Positions 52,401-64,000 of a DNA stretch of 64,000 bases are shown one piece after another; position 1 is the first letter of the stretch; each line of letters begins with the position of its first letter. A model generated the notes under the pieces. The model saw nothing but the letters and a program-made list of their open reading frames with translations, was not told the origin of the DNA and ran no database searches. A program made the position numbers and the translations under genes. The stretch lies in contig OZ024742.1 in the NCBI GenBank assembly GCA_964016885.1, forward strand, positions 165,416,001 to 165,480,000, given 5' to 3'. This stretch comes from Eledone cirrhosa (lineage: Eukaryota).

Positions 52401-55400
52401 TTGGACGGCTGGAAATTATCTCCCCTTGGACGGCTAGAAATTACCTCTCCTTGGACGGCTGAAAATTATCTCCCATTGGACGGCTGCAAATTATCTCCCC
52501 TTGATTTTTTAACAAATTATCTCCCCCTGATTTTTTTTTACAAATTATCTCCCCCTGATTTTTTTTTACAAATTATCTACGCCTAATTTTTTTTACAAAT
52601 TATCTCCCCCTGATTTTTTTTTACAAATTATCTCCCCCTGATTTTTTTTACAAATTATCTCCCCCTGATTTTTTTTTACAAATTATTTCCCCCTGATTTT
52701 TTTACAAATTATCTCCCCCCTGATTTTTTTTACAATCTCCGCCTGATTTTTTTAAAAATTATCTTCCCTTGGCTGGCGGGAAATTATCTCCCCTTGGACG
52801 GCTGGAAATTATATCCCCTTGGAAGGATGGAAATTATCTCCCCTTGGACGGCTGGAAATTATCTCCCCTTGGACGGCTGGAAATTATCTCCCCTTGGACA
52901 GCTGGAAATTATCTGTCCTTGATTTTGTTTTTACAAATTATCTCCCCCTGATTTTTTTTACAAATTATCTCCACCTGATTTTTTAAAAAATTATCTCCCC
53001 TTGGACGGCTGGAAATTATCTCCCCTTGATTTTTTTTACAAATTATCTCCCCCTGATTTTTTTTTACAAATTATCTCCCCCTGATTTTTTTTTACAAATT
53101 ATCTCCCCCTGATTTTTTTTTACAAATTATCTCACCCTGATTTTTTTTACAAATTATCTCTCCCTGATTTTTTTACAAATTATCTCCCCTTGGCTGGCTG
53201 GAAATTATCTCCCCTTGGAGGCTGGAATTTATCTCCCCTTGGACGGCTAGAAATTACCTCTCCTTGGACGGCTGGAAAATATGTCTCCTTGGACGGCTGG
53301 ATATTATCTACCCTTGGACGGCTGGAAATTATCTCCCCTTGGACGGCTGGAAATTATCTCCTGTTGGACGGCTAGATATTACCTCCCCTTGGACGGCTGG
53401 AAATTATCTCCCCTTGATTTTTTTACAAATTATCTCCCCCTGATTTTTTTACAAATTATCTCCCCCTGATTTTTTTTACAAATTATCTCCGCCTAATTTT
53501 TTTAAATATTATCTTCCCTTGGCTGGCGGGAAATTATCTCCCCTTGGACGGCTGAAAATTATCTCCCCTTGGACGGCTGGAAATTATCTCCCCTTGATTT
53601 TTTTTACAAATTATCTCCCCCTGATTTTTTTTTACAAATTATCTCCCCCTGATTTTTTTTACAAATTATCTCCCCCTGATTTTTTTACAAATTATCTCCC
53701 CTTGGCTGGCTGGAAATTATCTCCCCTTGGAGGCTGGAATTTATCTCCCCTTGGACGGCTAGAAATTACCTCTCCTTGGAAGGCTGGAAAATATGTCCTT
53801 GGACGGCTGGATATTATCTACCCTTGGACGGCTGGAAATTATCTCCCCTTGGACGGCTGGAAATTATCTCCCCTTGGACGGCTAGATATTACCTCCCCTT
53901 GGACGGCTGAAAATTATCTCCCCTTGGACGGCTGGAAATTATCTTCCCTTGATTTTTTTTTACAAATTATCTCCCCCTGATTATTTTTTACAAATTATCC
54001 CCTGATTTTTTTTTTACAAATTATCTCCCCCTGATTTTTTTTACAAATTATCTCCCCCTGATTTTTTTACAAATTATCTCCCCTTGGCTGGCTGGAAATT
54101 ATCTCCCATTGGAGGCTGGAATTTATCTCCCCTTGGACGGTTAGAAATTACCTCCCCTTGGACAGCTGAAAATTATCTCCCCTTGGACGGCTGGAAATTA
54201 TCTCCCCTTGATTTTTTTTACAAATTATCTCCCCCTGATTTTTTTTTACAAATTATCTCCCCCTGATTTTTTTTTACAAATTATCTCCCCCTGATTTTTT
54301 TTTACAAATTATCTCCCCCTGATATTTTTTACAAATTATCTCCCCCTGATTTTTTTACAAATTATCTCCCCTTGGCTGGCTGGAAATTATCTCCCCTTGG
54401 AGGCTGGAATTTATCTCCCCTTGGACGGCTAGAACTTACCTCGCCTTGGACGGCTGGAAAATATGTCTCCTTGGACGGCTGGAAATTATCTCCCCTTGGA
54501 CGGCTGGAAATTATCTCCCCTTGGACAGCTGGAAATTATCTCCCCTTGGACGGCTAGATATTACCTCCCCTTGGACGGCTGGAAATTATCTCCCCTTGAT
54601 TTTTTTTACAAATTATCTCCCCCTGATTTTTTTTTACAAATTATCTCCCCCTGATTTTTTTTTACGAATTATCTCCCCCCGATTTTTTTTTACAAATTAT
54701 CTCCGCCTGATTTTTTTTTAAAAATTATCTCCCCTTGAACGGCTGGAAATTATCTCCCCTTGGACGGCTGGAAATTATCTCCCCTTGGACGGCTAGAAAT
54801 TACCTCTCCTTGGACGGCTGAAAATTATCTCCCCTTGGACGGCTGCAAATTATCTCCCCTTGATTTTTTAACAAATTATCTCCCCCTGATTTTTTTTTAC
54901 AAATTATCTCCCCCTGATTTTTTTTTACAAATTATCTCCCCCTGATTTTTTTTTACAAATTATCTCCCCCTGATTTTTTTTACAAATTATCTCCCCCTGA
55001 TTTTTTTTACAATCTCCGCCTGATTTTTTAAAAAATTATCTTCCCTTGGCTGGCGGGAAATTATCTCCCCTTGGACGGCTGGAAATTATCTCCCCTTGAT
55101 TTTTTTACAAATTATCTCCCCCTGATTTTTTTTACAAATTATCTCCCCCTGATTTTATGTTACAAATTATCTCCCCCTGATTTTTTTACAAATTATCTCC
55201 CCCTGATTTTTTTTACAAATTATCTCCGCCTGATTTTTTTAAATATTATCTTCCCTTGGCTGGCGGGAAATTATCTCCCCTTGGACGGCTGGAAATTATC
55301 TCCCCTTGATTTTTTTTACAAATTATCTCCCCCTGATTTTTTTTTACAAATTATCTCCCCCTGATTTTTTTTTACAAATTATCTCCCCCTGATTTTTTTT

Positions 55401-58400
55401 TACAAATTATCTCCCCCTGATTTTTTTTTACAAATCTCCCCCTGATTTTTTTATAAATTATCTCCCCTTGGCTGGCTGGAAATTATCTCCCCTTGGAGGC
55501 TGGAATTTATCTCCCCTTGGACGGCTAGAAATTACCTCTCCTTGGATGGCTGGAAAATATGTCTCCTTGGACGGCTGGATATTATCTACCCTTGGACGGC
55601 TGGAAATTATCTCCCCTTGGACGGCTGGAAATTATCTCCCCTTGGACGGCTAGATATTACCTCCCATTGGACGGCTGGAAATTATCTCCCCTTGATTTTT
55701 TTTACAAATTATCTCCCCCTGATTTTTTTTTACGAATTATCTCCCCCTGATTTTTTTTTACAAATTATCTCCGCCTGATTTTTTTTTAAAAATTATCTCC
55801 CCTTGAACGGCTGGAAATTATCTCCCCTTGGACGGCTGGAAATTATCTCCCCTTGGACGGCTAGAAATTACCTCTCCTTGGACTGCTGAAAATTATCTCC
55901 CCTTGGACGGCTGCAAATTATCTCCCCTTGATTTTTTTAACAAATTATCTCCCCCTGATTTTTTTTTACAAATTATCTCCCCCTGATTTTTTTTTACAAA
56001 TTATCTACGCCTAATTTTTTTTACAAATTATCTCCCCCTGATTTTTTTTTACAAATTATCTCCCCCTGATTTTTTTTACAAATTATCTCCCCCTGATTTT
56101 TTTTACAAATTATCTCCCCCTGATTTTTTTACAAATTATCTCCCCCCTGATTTTTTTTACAATCTCCGCCTGATTTTTTTAAAAATTATCTTCCCTTGGC
56201 TGGCGGGAAATTATCTCCCCTTGGACGGCTGGAAATTATATCCCCTTGGAAGGATGGAAATTATCTCCCCTTGGACGGCTGGAAATTATCTCCCCTTGGA
56301 CGGCTGGAAATTACCTCCCCTTGGACAGCTGGAAATTATCTGCCCTTGATTTTGTTTTTACAAATTATCTCCCCCTGATTTTTTTTACAAATTATCTCCA
56401 CCTGATTTTTTAAAAAATTATCTCCCCTTGGACGGCTGGAAATTATCTCCCCTTGGACGGCTGGAAATTATCTCCCCTTGATTTTTTTTACAAATTATCT
56501 CCCCCTGATTTTTTTTTACAAATTATCTCCCCCTGATTTTTTTTACAAATTATCTCCCCCTGATTTTTTTTTACAAATTATTTCCCCCTGATTTTTTTAC
56601 AAATTATCTCCCCCCTGATTTTTTTTACAATTTCCGCCTGATTTTTTTAAAAATTATCTTCCCTTGGCTGGCGGGAAATTATCTCCCCTTGGACGGCTGG
56701 AAATTATATCCCCTTGGAAGGATGGAAATTATCTCCCCTTGGACGGCTGGAAATTATCTCCCCTTGGACGGCTGGAAATTATCTCCCCTTGGACAGCTGG
56801 AAATTATCTGCCCTTGATTTTGTTTTTACAAATTATCTCCCCCTGATTTTTTTTACAAATTATCTCCACCTGATTTTTTAAAAAATTATCTCCCCTTGGA
56901 CGGCTGGAAATTATCTCCCCTTGATTTTTTTTACAAATTATCTCCCCCTGATTTTTTTTTACAAATTATCTCCCCCTGATTTTTTTTACAAATTATCTCC
57001 CCCTGATTTTTTTTTACAAATTATCTCACCCTGATTTTTTTTACAAATTATCTCTCCCTGATTTTTTTACAAATTATCTCCCCTTGGCTGGCTGGAAATT
57101 ATCTCCCCTTGGAGGCTGGAATTTATCTCCCCTTGGACGGCTAGAAATTACCTCTCCTTGGACGGCTGGAAAATATGTCTCCTTGGACGGCTGGATATTA
57201 TCTACCCTTGGACGGCTGGAAATTATCTCCCCTTGGACGGCTGGAAATTATCTCCTCTTGGACGGCTAGATATTACCTCCCCTTGGACGGCTGGAAATTA
57301 TCTCCCCTTGATTTTTTTACAAATTATCTCCCCCTGATTTTTTTACAAATTATCTCCCCCTGATTTTTTTTACAAATTATCTCCGCCTAATTTTTTTAAA
57401 TATTATCTTCCCTTGGCTGGCGGGAAATTATCTCCCCTTGGACGGCTGAAAATTATCTCCCCTTGGACGGCTGGAAATTATCTCCCCTTGATTTTTTTTA
57501 CAAATTATCTCCCCCTGATTTTTTTTTAAAAATTATCTCCCCCTGATTTTTTTTACAAATTATCTCCTCCTGATTTTTTTACAAATTATCTCCCCTTGGC
57601 TGGCTGGAAATTATCTCCCCTTGGAGGCTGGAATTTATCTCCCCTTGGACGGCTAGAAATTACCTCTCCTTGGAAGGCTGGAAAATATGTCCTTGGACGG
57701 CTGGATATTATCTACCCTTGGACGGCTGGAAATTATCTCCCCTTGGACGGCTGGAAATTATCTCCCCTTGGACGGCTAGATATTACCTCCCCTTGGACGG
57801 CTGAAAATTATCTCCCCTTGGACGGCTGGAAATTATCTCCCCTTGATTTTTTTTACAAATTATCTCCCCCTGATTATTTTTTACAAATTATCCCCTGATT
57901 TTTTTTTTACAAATTATCTCCCCCTGATTTTTTTTACAAATTATCTCCCCCTGATTTTTTTACAAATTATCTCCCCTTGGCTGGCTGGAAATTATCTCCC
58001 ATTGGAGGCTGGAATTTATCTCCCCTTGGACGGTTAGAAATTACCTCCCCTTGGACGGCTGGAAAATATGTCTCCTTGGACGGCTGGAAATTATCGCCCC
58101 TTGGACGGCTGGAAATTATCTCCCCTTGGACGGCTGGAAATTATCTCTCATCGGACGGCTAGAAATTACCTCTCCTTGGACAGCTGAAAATTATCTCCCC
58201 TTGGACGGCTGGAAATTATCTCCCCTTGATTTTTTTTACAAATTATCTCCCCCTGATTTTTTTTTACAAATTATCTCCCCCTGATTTTTTTTTACAAATT
58301 ATCTCCCCCTGATTTTTTTTTACAAATTATCTCCCCCTGATATTTTTTACAAATTATCTCCCCCTGATTTTTTTACAAATTATCTCCCCTTGGCTGGCTG

Positions 58401-61400
58401 GAAATTATCTCCCCTTGGAGGCTGGAATTTATCTCCCCTTGGACGGCTAGAAATTACCTCGCCTTGGACGGCTGGAAAATATGTCTCCTTGGACGGCTGG
58501 AAATTATCTCCCCTTGGACGGCTGGAAATTATCTCCCCTTGGACAGCTGGAAATTATCTCCCCTTGGACGGCTAGATATTACCTCCCCTTGGACGGCTGG
58601 AAATTATCTCCCCTTGATTTTTTTTACAAATTATCTCCCCCTGATTTTTTTTTACAAATTATCTCCCCCTGATTTTTTTTTACGAATTATCTCCCCCCGA
58701 TTTTTTTTTACAAATTATCTCCGCCTGATTTTTTTTTAAAAATTATCTCCCCTTGAACGGCTGGAAATTATCTCCCCTTGGACGGCTGGAAATTATCTCC
58801 CCTTGGACGGCTAGAAATTACCTCTCCTTGGACGGCTGAAAATTATCTCCCCTTGGACGGCTGCAAATTATCTCCCCTTGATTTTTTAACAAATTATCTC
58901 CCCCTGATTTTTTTTTACAAATTATCTCCCCCTGATTTTTTTTTACAAATTATCTCCCCCTGATTTTTTTTTACAAATTATCTCCCCCTGATTTTTTTAC
59001 AAATTATCTCCCCCTGATTTTTTTTACAATCTCCGCCTGATTTTTTAAAAAATTATCTTCCCTTGGCTGGCGGGAAATTATCTCCCCTTGGACGGCTGGA
59101 AATTATCTCCCCTTGGACGGCTGGAAATTATCTCCCCTTGGACAGCTGGAAATTATCTGCCCTTGATTTTGTTTTTACAAATTATCTCCCCCTGATTTTT
59201 TTTACAAATTATCTCCACCTGATTTTTTAAAAAATTATCTCCCCTTGGACGGCTGGAAATTATCTCCCCTTGATTTTTTTACAAATTATCTCCCCCTGAT
59301 TTTTTTTACAAATTATCTCCCCCTGATTTTATGTTACAAATTATCTCCCCCTGATTTTTTTTTACAAATTATCTCCCCCTGATTTTTTTTTACAAATTAT
59401 CTCCCCCTGATTTTTTTTTACAAATTATCTCACCCTGATTTTTTTTACAAATTATCTCTCCCTGATTTTTTTACAAATTATCTCCCCTTGGCTGGCTGGA
59501 AATTATCTCCCCTTGGAGGCTGGAATTTATCTCCCCTTGGACGGCTAGAAATTACCTCTCCTTGGACGGCTGGAAAATATGTCTCCTTGGACGGCTGGAT
59601 ATTATCTACCCTTGGACGGCTGGAAATTATCTCCCCTTGGACGGCTGGAAATTATCTCCTCTTGGACGGCTAGATATTACCTCCCCTTGGACGGCTGGAA
59701 ATTATCTCCCCCTGATTTTTTTTTACAAATTATCTCCCCCTGATTTTTTTTTACAAATTATCTCCCCCTGATTTTTTTACAAATTATCTCCCCCTGATTT
59801 TTTTTACAATCTCCGCCTGATTTTTTAAAAAATTATCTTCCCTTGGCTGGCGGGAAATTATCTCCCCTTGGACGGCTGGAAATTATCTCCCCTTGGACGG
59901 CTGGAAATTATCTCCCCTTGGACAGCTGGAAATTATCTGCCCTTGATTTTGTTTTTACAAATTATCTCCCCCTGATTTTTTTTACAAATTATCTCCACCT
60001 GATTTTTTAAAAAATTATCTCCCCTTGGACGGCTGGAAATTATCTCCCCTTGATTTTTTTACAAATTATCTCCCCCTGATTTTTTTTACAAATTATCTCC
60101 CCCTGATTTTATGTTACAAATTATCTCCCCCTGATTTTTTTTTACAAATTATCTCCCCCTGATTTTTTTTTACAAATTATCTCCCCCTGATTTTTTTTTA
60201 CAAATTATCTCACCCTGATTTTTTTTACAAATTATCTCTCCCTGATTTTTTTACAAATTATCTCCCCTTGGCTGGCTGGAAATTATCTCCCCTTGGAGGC
60301 TGGAATTTATCTCCCCTTGGACGGCTAGAAATTACCTCTCCTTGGACGGCTGGAAAATATGTCTCCTTGGACGGCTGGATATTATCTACCCTTGGACGGC
60401 TGGAAATTATCTCCCCTTGGACGGCTGGAAATTATCTCCTCTTGGACGGCTAGATATTACCTCCCCTTGGACGGCTGGAAATTATCTCCCCTTGATTTTT
60501 TTACAAATTATCTCCCCCTGATTTTTTTACAAATTATCTCCCCCTGATTTTTTTTACAAATTATCTCCGCCTAATTTTTTTAAATATTATCTCCCCTTGG
60601 ACGGCTGGAAATTATCTCCCCTTGGACGGCTGGAAATTATCTCCCCTTGGACAGCTGGAAATTATCTGCCCTTGATTTTGTTTTTACAAATTATCTCCCC
60701 CTGATTTTTTTTACAAATTATCTCCACCTGATTTTTTAAAAAATTATCTCCCCTTGGACGGCTGGAAATTATCTCCCCTTGATTTTTTTACAAATTATCT
60801 CCCCCTGATTTTTTTTACAAATTATCTCCCCCTGATTTTATGTTACAAATTATCTCCCCCTGATTTTTTTTTACAAATTATCTCCCCCTGATTTTTTTTT
60901 ACAAATTATCTCCCCCTGATTTTTTTTTACAAATTATCTCACCCTGATTTTTTTTACAAATTATCTCTCCCTGATTTTTTTACAAATTATCTCCCCTTGG
61001 CTGGCTGGAAATTATCTCCCCTTGGAGGCTGGAAATTATCTCCCCTTGGACAGCTGGAAATTATCTGCCCTTGATTTTGTTTTTACAAATTATCTCCCCC
61101 TGATTTTTTAAAAAATTATCTTCCCTTGGCTGGCGGTAAATTATCTCCCCTTGGACGGCTGGAAATTATCTCCCCTTGGACGGCTGGAAATTATCTCCCC
61201 TTGGACAGCTGGAAATTATCTGCCCTTGATTTTGTTTTTACAAATTATCTCCCCCTGATTTTTTTTACAAATTATCTCCACCTGATTTTTTAAAAAATTA
61301 TCTCCCCTTGGACGGCTGGAAATTATCTCCCCTTGATTTTTTTACAAATTATCTCCCCCTGATTTTTTTTACAAATTATCTCCCCCTGATTTTATGTTAC

Positions 61401-63918
61401 AAATTATCTCCCCCTGATTTTTTTTTACAAATTATCTCCCCCTGATTTTATGTTACAAATTATCTCCCCCTGATTTTTTTACAAATTATCTCCCCCTGAT
61501 TTTTTTTACAAATTATCTCCGCCTGATTTTTTTAAATATTATCTTCCCTTGGCTGGCGGGAAATTATCTCCCCTTGGACGGCTGGAAATTATCTCCCCTT
61601 GATTTTTTTTACAAATTATCTCCCCCTGATTTTTTTTTACAAATTATCTCCCCCTGATTTTTTTTTACAAATTATCTCCCCCTGATTTTTTTTTACAAAT
61701 TATCTCCCCCTGATTTTTTTTTACAAATCTCCCCCTGATTTTTTTATAAATTATCTCCCCTTGGCTGGCTGGAAATTATCTCCCCTTGGAGGCTGGAATT
61801 TATCTCCCCTTGGACGGCTAGAAATTACCTCTCCTTGGATGGCTGGAAAATATGTCTCCTTGGACGGCTGGATATTATCTACCCTTGGACGGCTGGAAAT
61901 TATCTCCCCTTGGACGGCTGGAAATTATCTCCCCTTGGACGGCTAGATATTACCTCCCATTGGACGGCTGGAAATTATCTCCCCTTGATTTTTTTTACAA
62001 ATTATCTCCCCCTGATTTTTTTTTACGAATTATCTCCCCCTGATTTTTTTTTACAAATTATCTCCGCCTGATTTTTTTTTAAAAATTATCTCCCCTTGAA
62101 CGGCTGGAAATTATCTCCCCTTGGACGGCTGGAAATTATCTCCCCTTGGACGGCTAGAAATTACCTCTCCTTGGACGGCTGAAAATTATCTCCCCTTGGA
62201 CGGCTGCAAATTATCTCCCCTTGATTTTTTTAACAAATTATCTCCCCCTGATTTTTTTTTACAAATTATCTCCCCCTGATTTTTTTTACAAATTATCTAC
62301 GCCTAATTTTTTTTACAAATTATCTCCCCCTGATTTTTTTTTACAAATTATCTCCCCCTGATTTTTTTTACAAATTATCTCCCCTTGGCTGGCTGGAAAT
62401 TATCTCCCCTTGGAGGCTGGAATTTATCTCCCCTTGGACGGTTAGAAATTACCTCTCCTTGGACTGCTGGAAAATATGTCTCCTTGGACGGCTGGAAATT
62501 ATCTCCCCTTGGACGGCTGGAAATTATCTCCCCTTGGACGGCTGGAAATTATCTCTCCTCGGACGACTAGAAATTACCTCTCCTTGGACAGCTGAAAATT
62601 ATCTCCCCTTGGACGGCTGGAAATTATCTCCCCTTGATTTTTTTTACAAATTATCTCCCCCTGATTTATTTTACAAATTATCTCCCCCTGATTTTTTTTT
62701 ACAAATTATCTCCCCCTGATTTTTTTTACAAATTATCTCCCCCTGATATTTTTTACAAATTATCTCCCCCTGATTTTTTTACAAATTATCTCCCCTTGGC
62801 TGGCTGGAAATTATCTACCCTTGGAGGCTGGAATTTATCTCCCCTTGGACGGCTAGAAATTACCTCGCCTTGGACGGCTGGAAAATATGTCTCCTTGGAC
62901 GGCTGGAAATTATCTCCCCTTGGACGGCTGGAAATTATCTCCCCTTGGACGGCTGGAAATTATCTCCCCTTGGACGGCTAGATATTACCTCCCCTTGGAC
63001 GGCTGGAAATTATCTCCCCTTGATTTTTTTTACAAATTATCTCCCCCTGATTTTTTTTTACAAATTATCTCCCCCTGATTTTTTTTTACGAAGTATCTCC
63101 CCCTGATTTTTTTTTACAAATTATCTCCGCCTGATTTTTTTTTAAAAATTATCTCCCCTTGAACGGCTGGAAATTATCTCCCCTTGGACGGCTGGAAATT
63201 ATCTCCCCTTGGACGGCTAGAAATTACCTCTCCTTGGACGGCTGAAAATTATCTCCCATTGGACGGCTGCAAATTATCTCCCCTTGATTTTTTAACAAAT
63301 TATCTCCCCCTGATTTTTTTTTACAAATTATCTCCCCCTGATTTTTTTTACAAATTATCTCCCCCTGATTTTTTTTTACAAATTATTTCCCCCTGATTTT
63401 TTTCCGCCTAATTTTTTTTACAAATTATCTCCCCCTGATTTTTTTTTACAAATTATCTCCCCCTGATTTTTTTTACAAATTATCTCCCCCTGATTTTTTT
63501 TTACAAATTATTTCCCCCTGATTTTTTTACAAATTATCTCCCCCTGATTTTTTTTTACAAATTATCTCCCCCTGATATTTTTTACAAATTATCTCCCCCT
63601 GATTTTTTTACAAATTATCTCCCCTTGGCTGGCTGGAAATTATCTCCCCTTGGAGGCTGGAATTTATCTCCCCTTGGACGGCTAGAAATTACCTCGCCTT
63701 GGACGGCTGGAAAATATGTCTCCTTGGACGGCTGGAAATTATCTCCCCTTGGACGGCTGGAAATTATCTCCCCTTGGACAGCTGGAAATTATCTCCCCTT
63801 GGACGGCTAGATATTACCTCCCCTTGGACGGCTGGAAATTATCTCCCCTTGATTTTTTTTACAAATTATCTCCCCCTGATTTTTTTTTACAAATTATCTC
63901 CCCCTGATTTTTTTTTAC
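43497..63918 (+). repeat. ~20.4 kb segmental duplication, copy 2
   Basis: Colinear with 10805-31254. Differences noticed are one 28-bp monomer deletion (~46630-46730) and SNPs at 45930, 53945 and 57346. Confidence 0.93.
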
Positions 63919-64000
63919 GAATTATCTCCCCCCGATTTTTTTTTACAAATTATCTCCGCCTGATTTTTTTTTAAAAATTATCTCCCCTTGAACGGCTGGA
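56427..64000 (+). repeat. 7.5 kb segment, copy 3 (matches the window start through to the last base)
   Basis: Offset +56,426. It follows copy 1 (G at 7493/63919, CCCCCCGA, TTGAACGG) past the point where copy 2 diverges. Confidence 0.92.

Larger units (their letters stand above)
1..64000 (+). repeat. Composite two-monomer satellite DNA array with nested higher-order structure; runs off both window ends
   Basis: Everywhere I read, the sequence parses into head-to-tail units containing AAATTATCTCCCC (or a variant with 1-4 changes) every ~25-28 bp. All units have the same orientation and no non-repeat sequence was seen. Confidence 0.99.

Noticed and set aside
238-63974. ~220 short + strand ORFs (60-161 aa) such as MAGWKLSPLGG... 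and ...FFYKLSPPD...
   Set aside because: Monomer A has no + strand stop in any frame (three monomers encode a 25-aa cycle), and 27-bp B units stay in frame. The ORFs overlap in several frames, mostly start at TTG, and end at T-run frameshifts. There is no domain similarity or frame conservation. The minus strand lacks ORFs simply because each core contains TAA.
1-64000. CRISPR array (constant repeat with intervening segments)
   Set aside because: The intervening segments are only ~9-13 bp and of two recurring types rather than unique spacers. The constant part is only 13-16 bp, and there are no cas genes or leader.
1-64000. Telomerase-synthesised long telomeric repeat (some yeasts use ~25-bp units)
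   Set aside because: Two monomer types, heritable SNP variants and multi-kb HORs indicate recombinational amplification rather than copying from one RNA template. I recognise no match to a known telomere repeat. A subtelomeric location is not excluded.
1-64000. Transposon, plasmid iteron or viral repeat region
   Set aside because: There are no terminal repeats, target-site duplications, or transposase, Rep or RT coding sequence. The array is far longer than iteron clusters.
55-64000. T-run length variation as sequencing error
   Set aside because: Run lengths are reproduced between distant duplicated blocks (constant offsets over many kb), so most of the variation appears real.

Overview
The whole 64 kb window is one uninterrupted, single-orientation satellite (tandem repeat) array. 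I see no genes, RNA genes, transposons or unique flanking DNA. It is built from two short monomers sharing a 13-bp core, AAATTATCTCCCC. Monomer A is 25 bp (core+TTGGACGGCTGG, ~52% GC). Monomer B is mostly 26-28 bp (core+CTGA-T7-9-AC, ~30% GC). A and B occur in alternating blocks with position-specific variants. These blocks form nested higher-order repeats: ~0.15-0.45 kb modules, a ~2.3 kb subunit, a ~4.77 kb HOR, near-identical 5.6, 7.5 and 20.4 kb segmental duplications, and possibly a 56,426-bp super-period. One more diverged single-copy island lies at ~37.9-39.8 kb. All listed ORFs are translations of the repeat. The architecture resembles eukaryotic (peri)centromeric or heterochromatic satellite, but I do not recognise the family or organism. 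All alignments were done by eye using ORF-track offsets and diagnostic variants.
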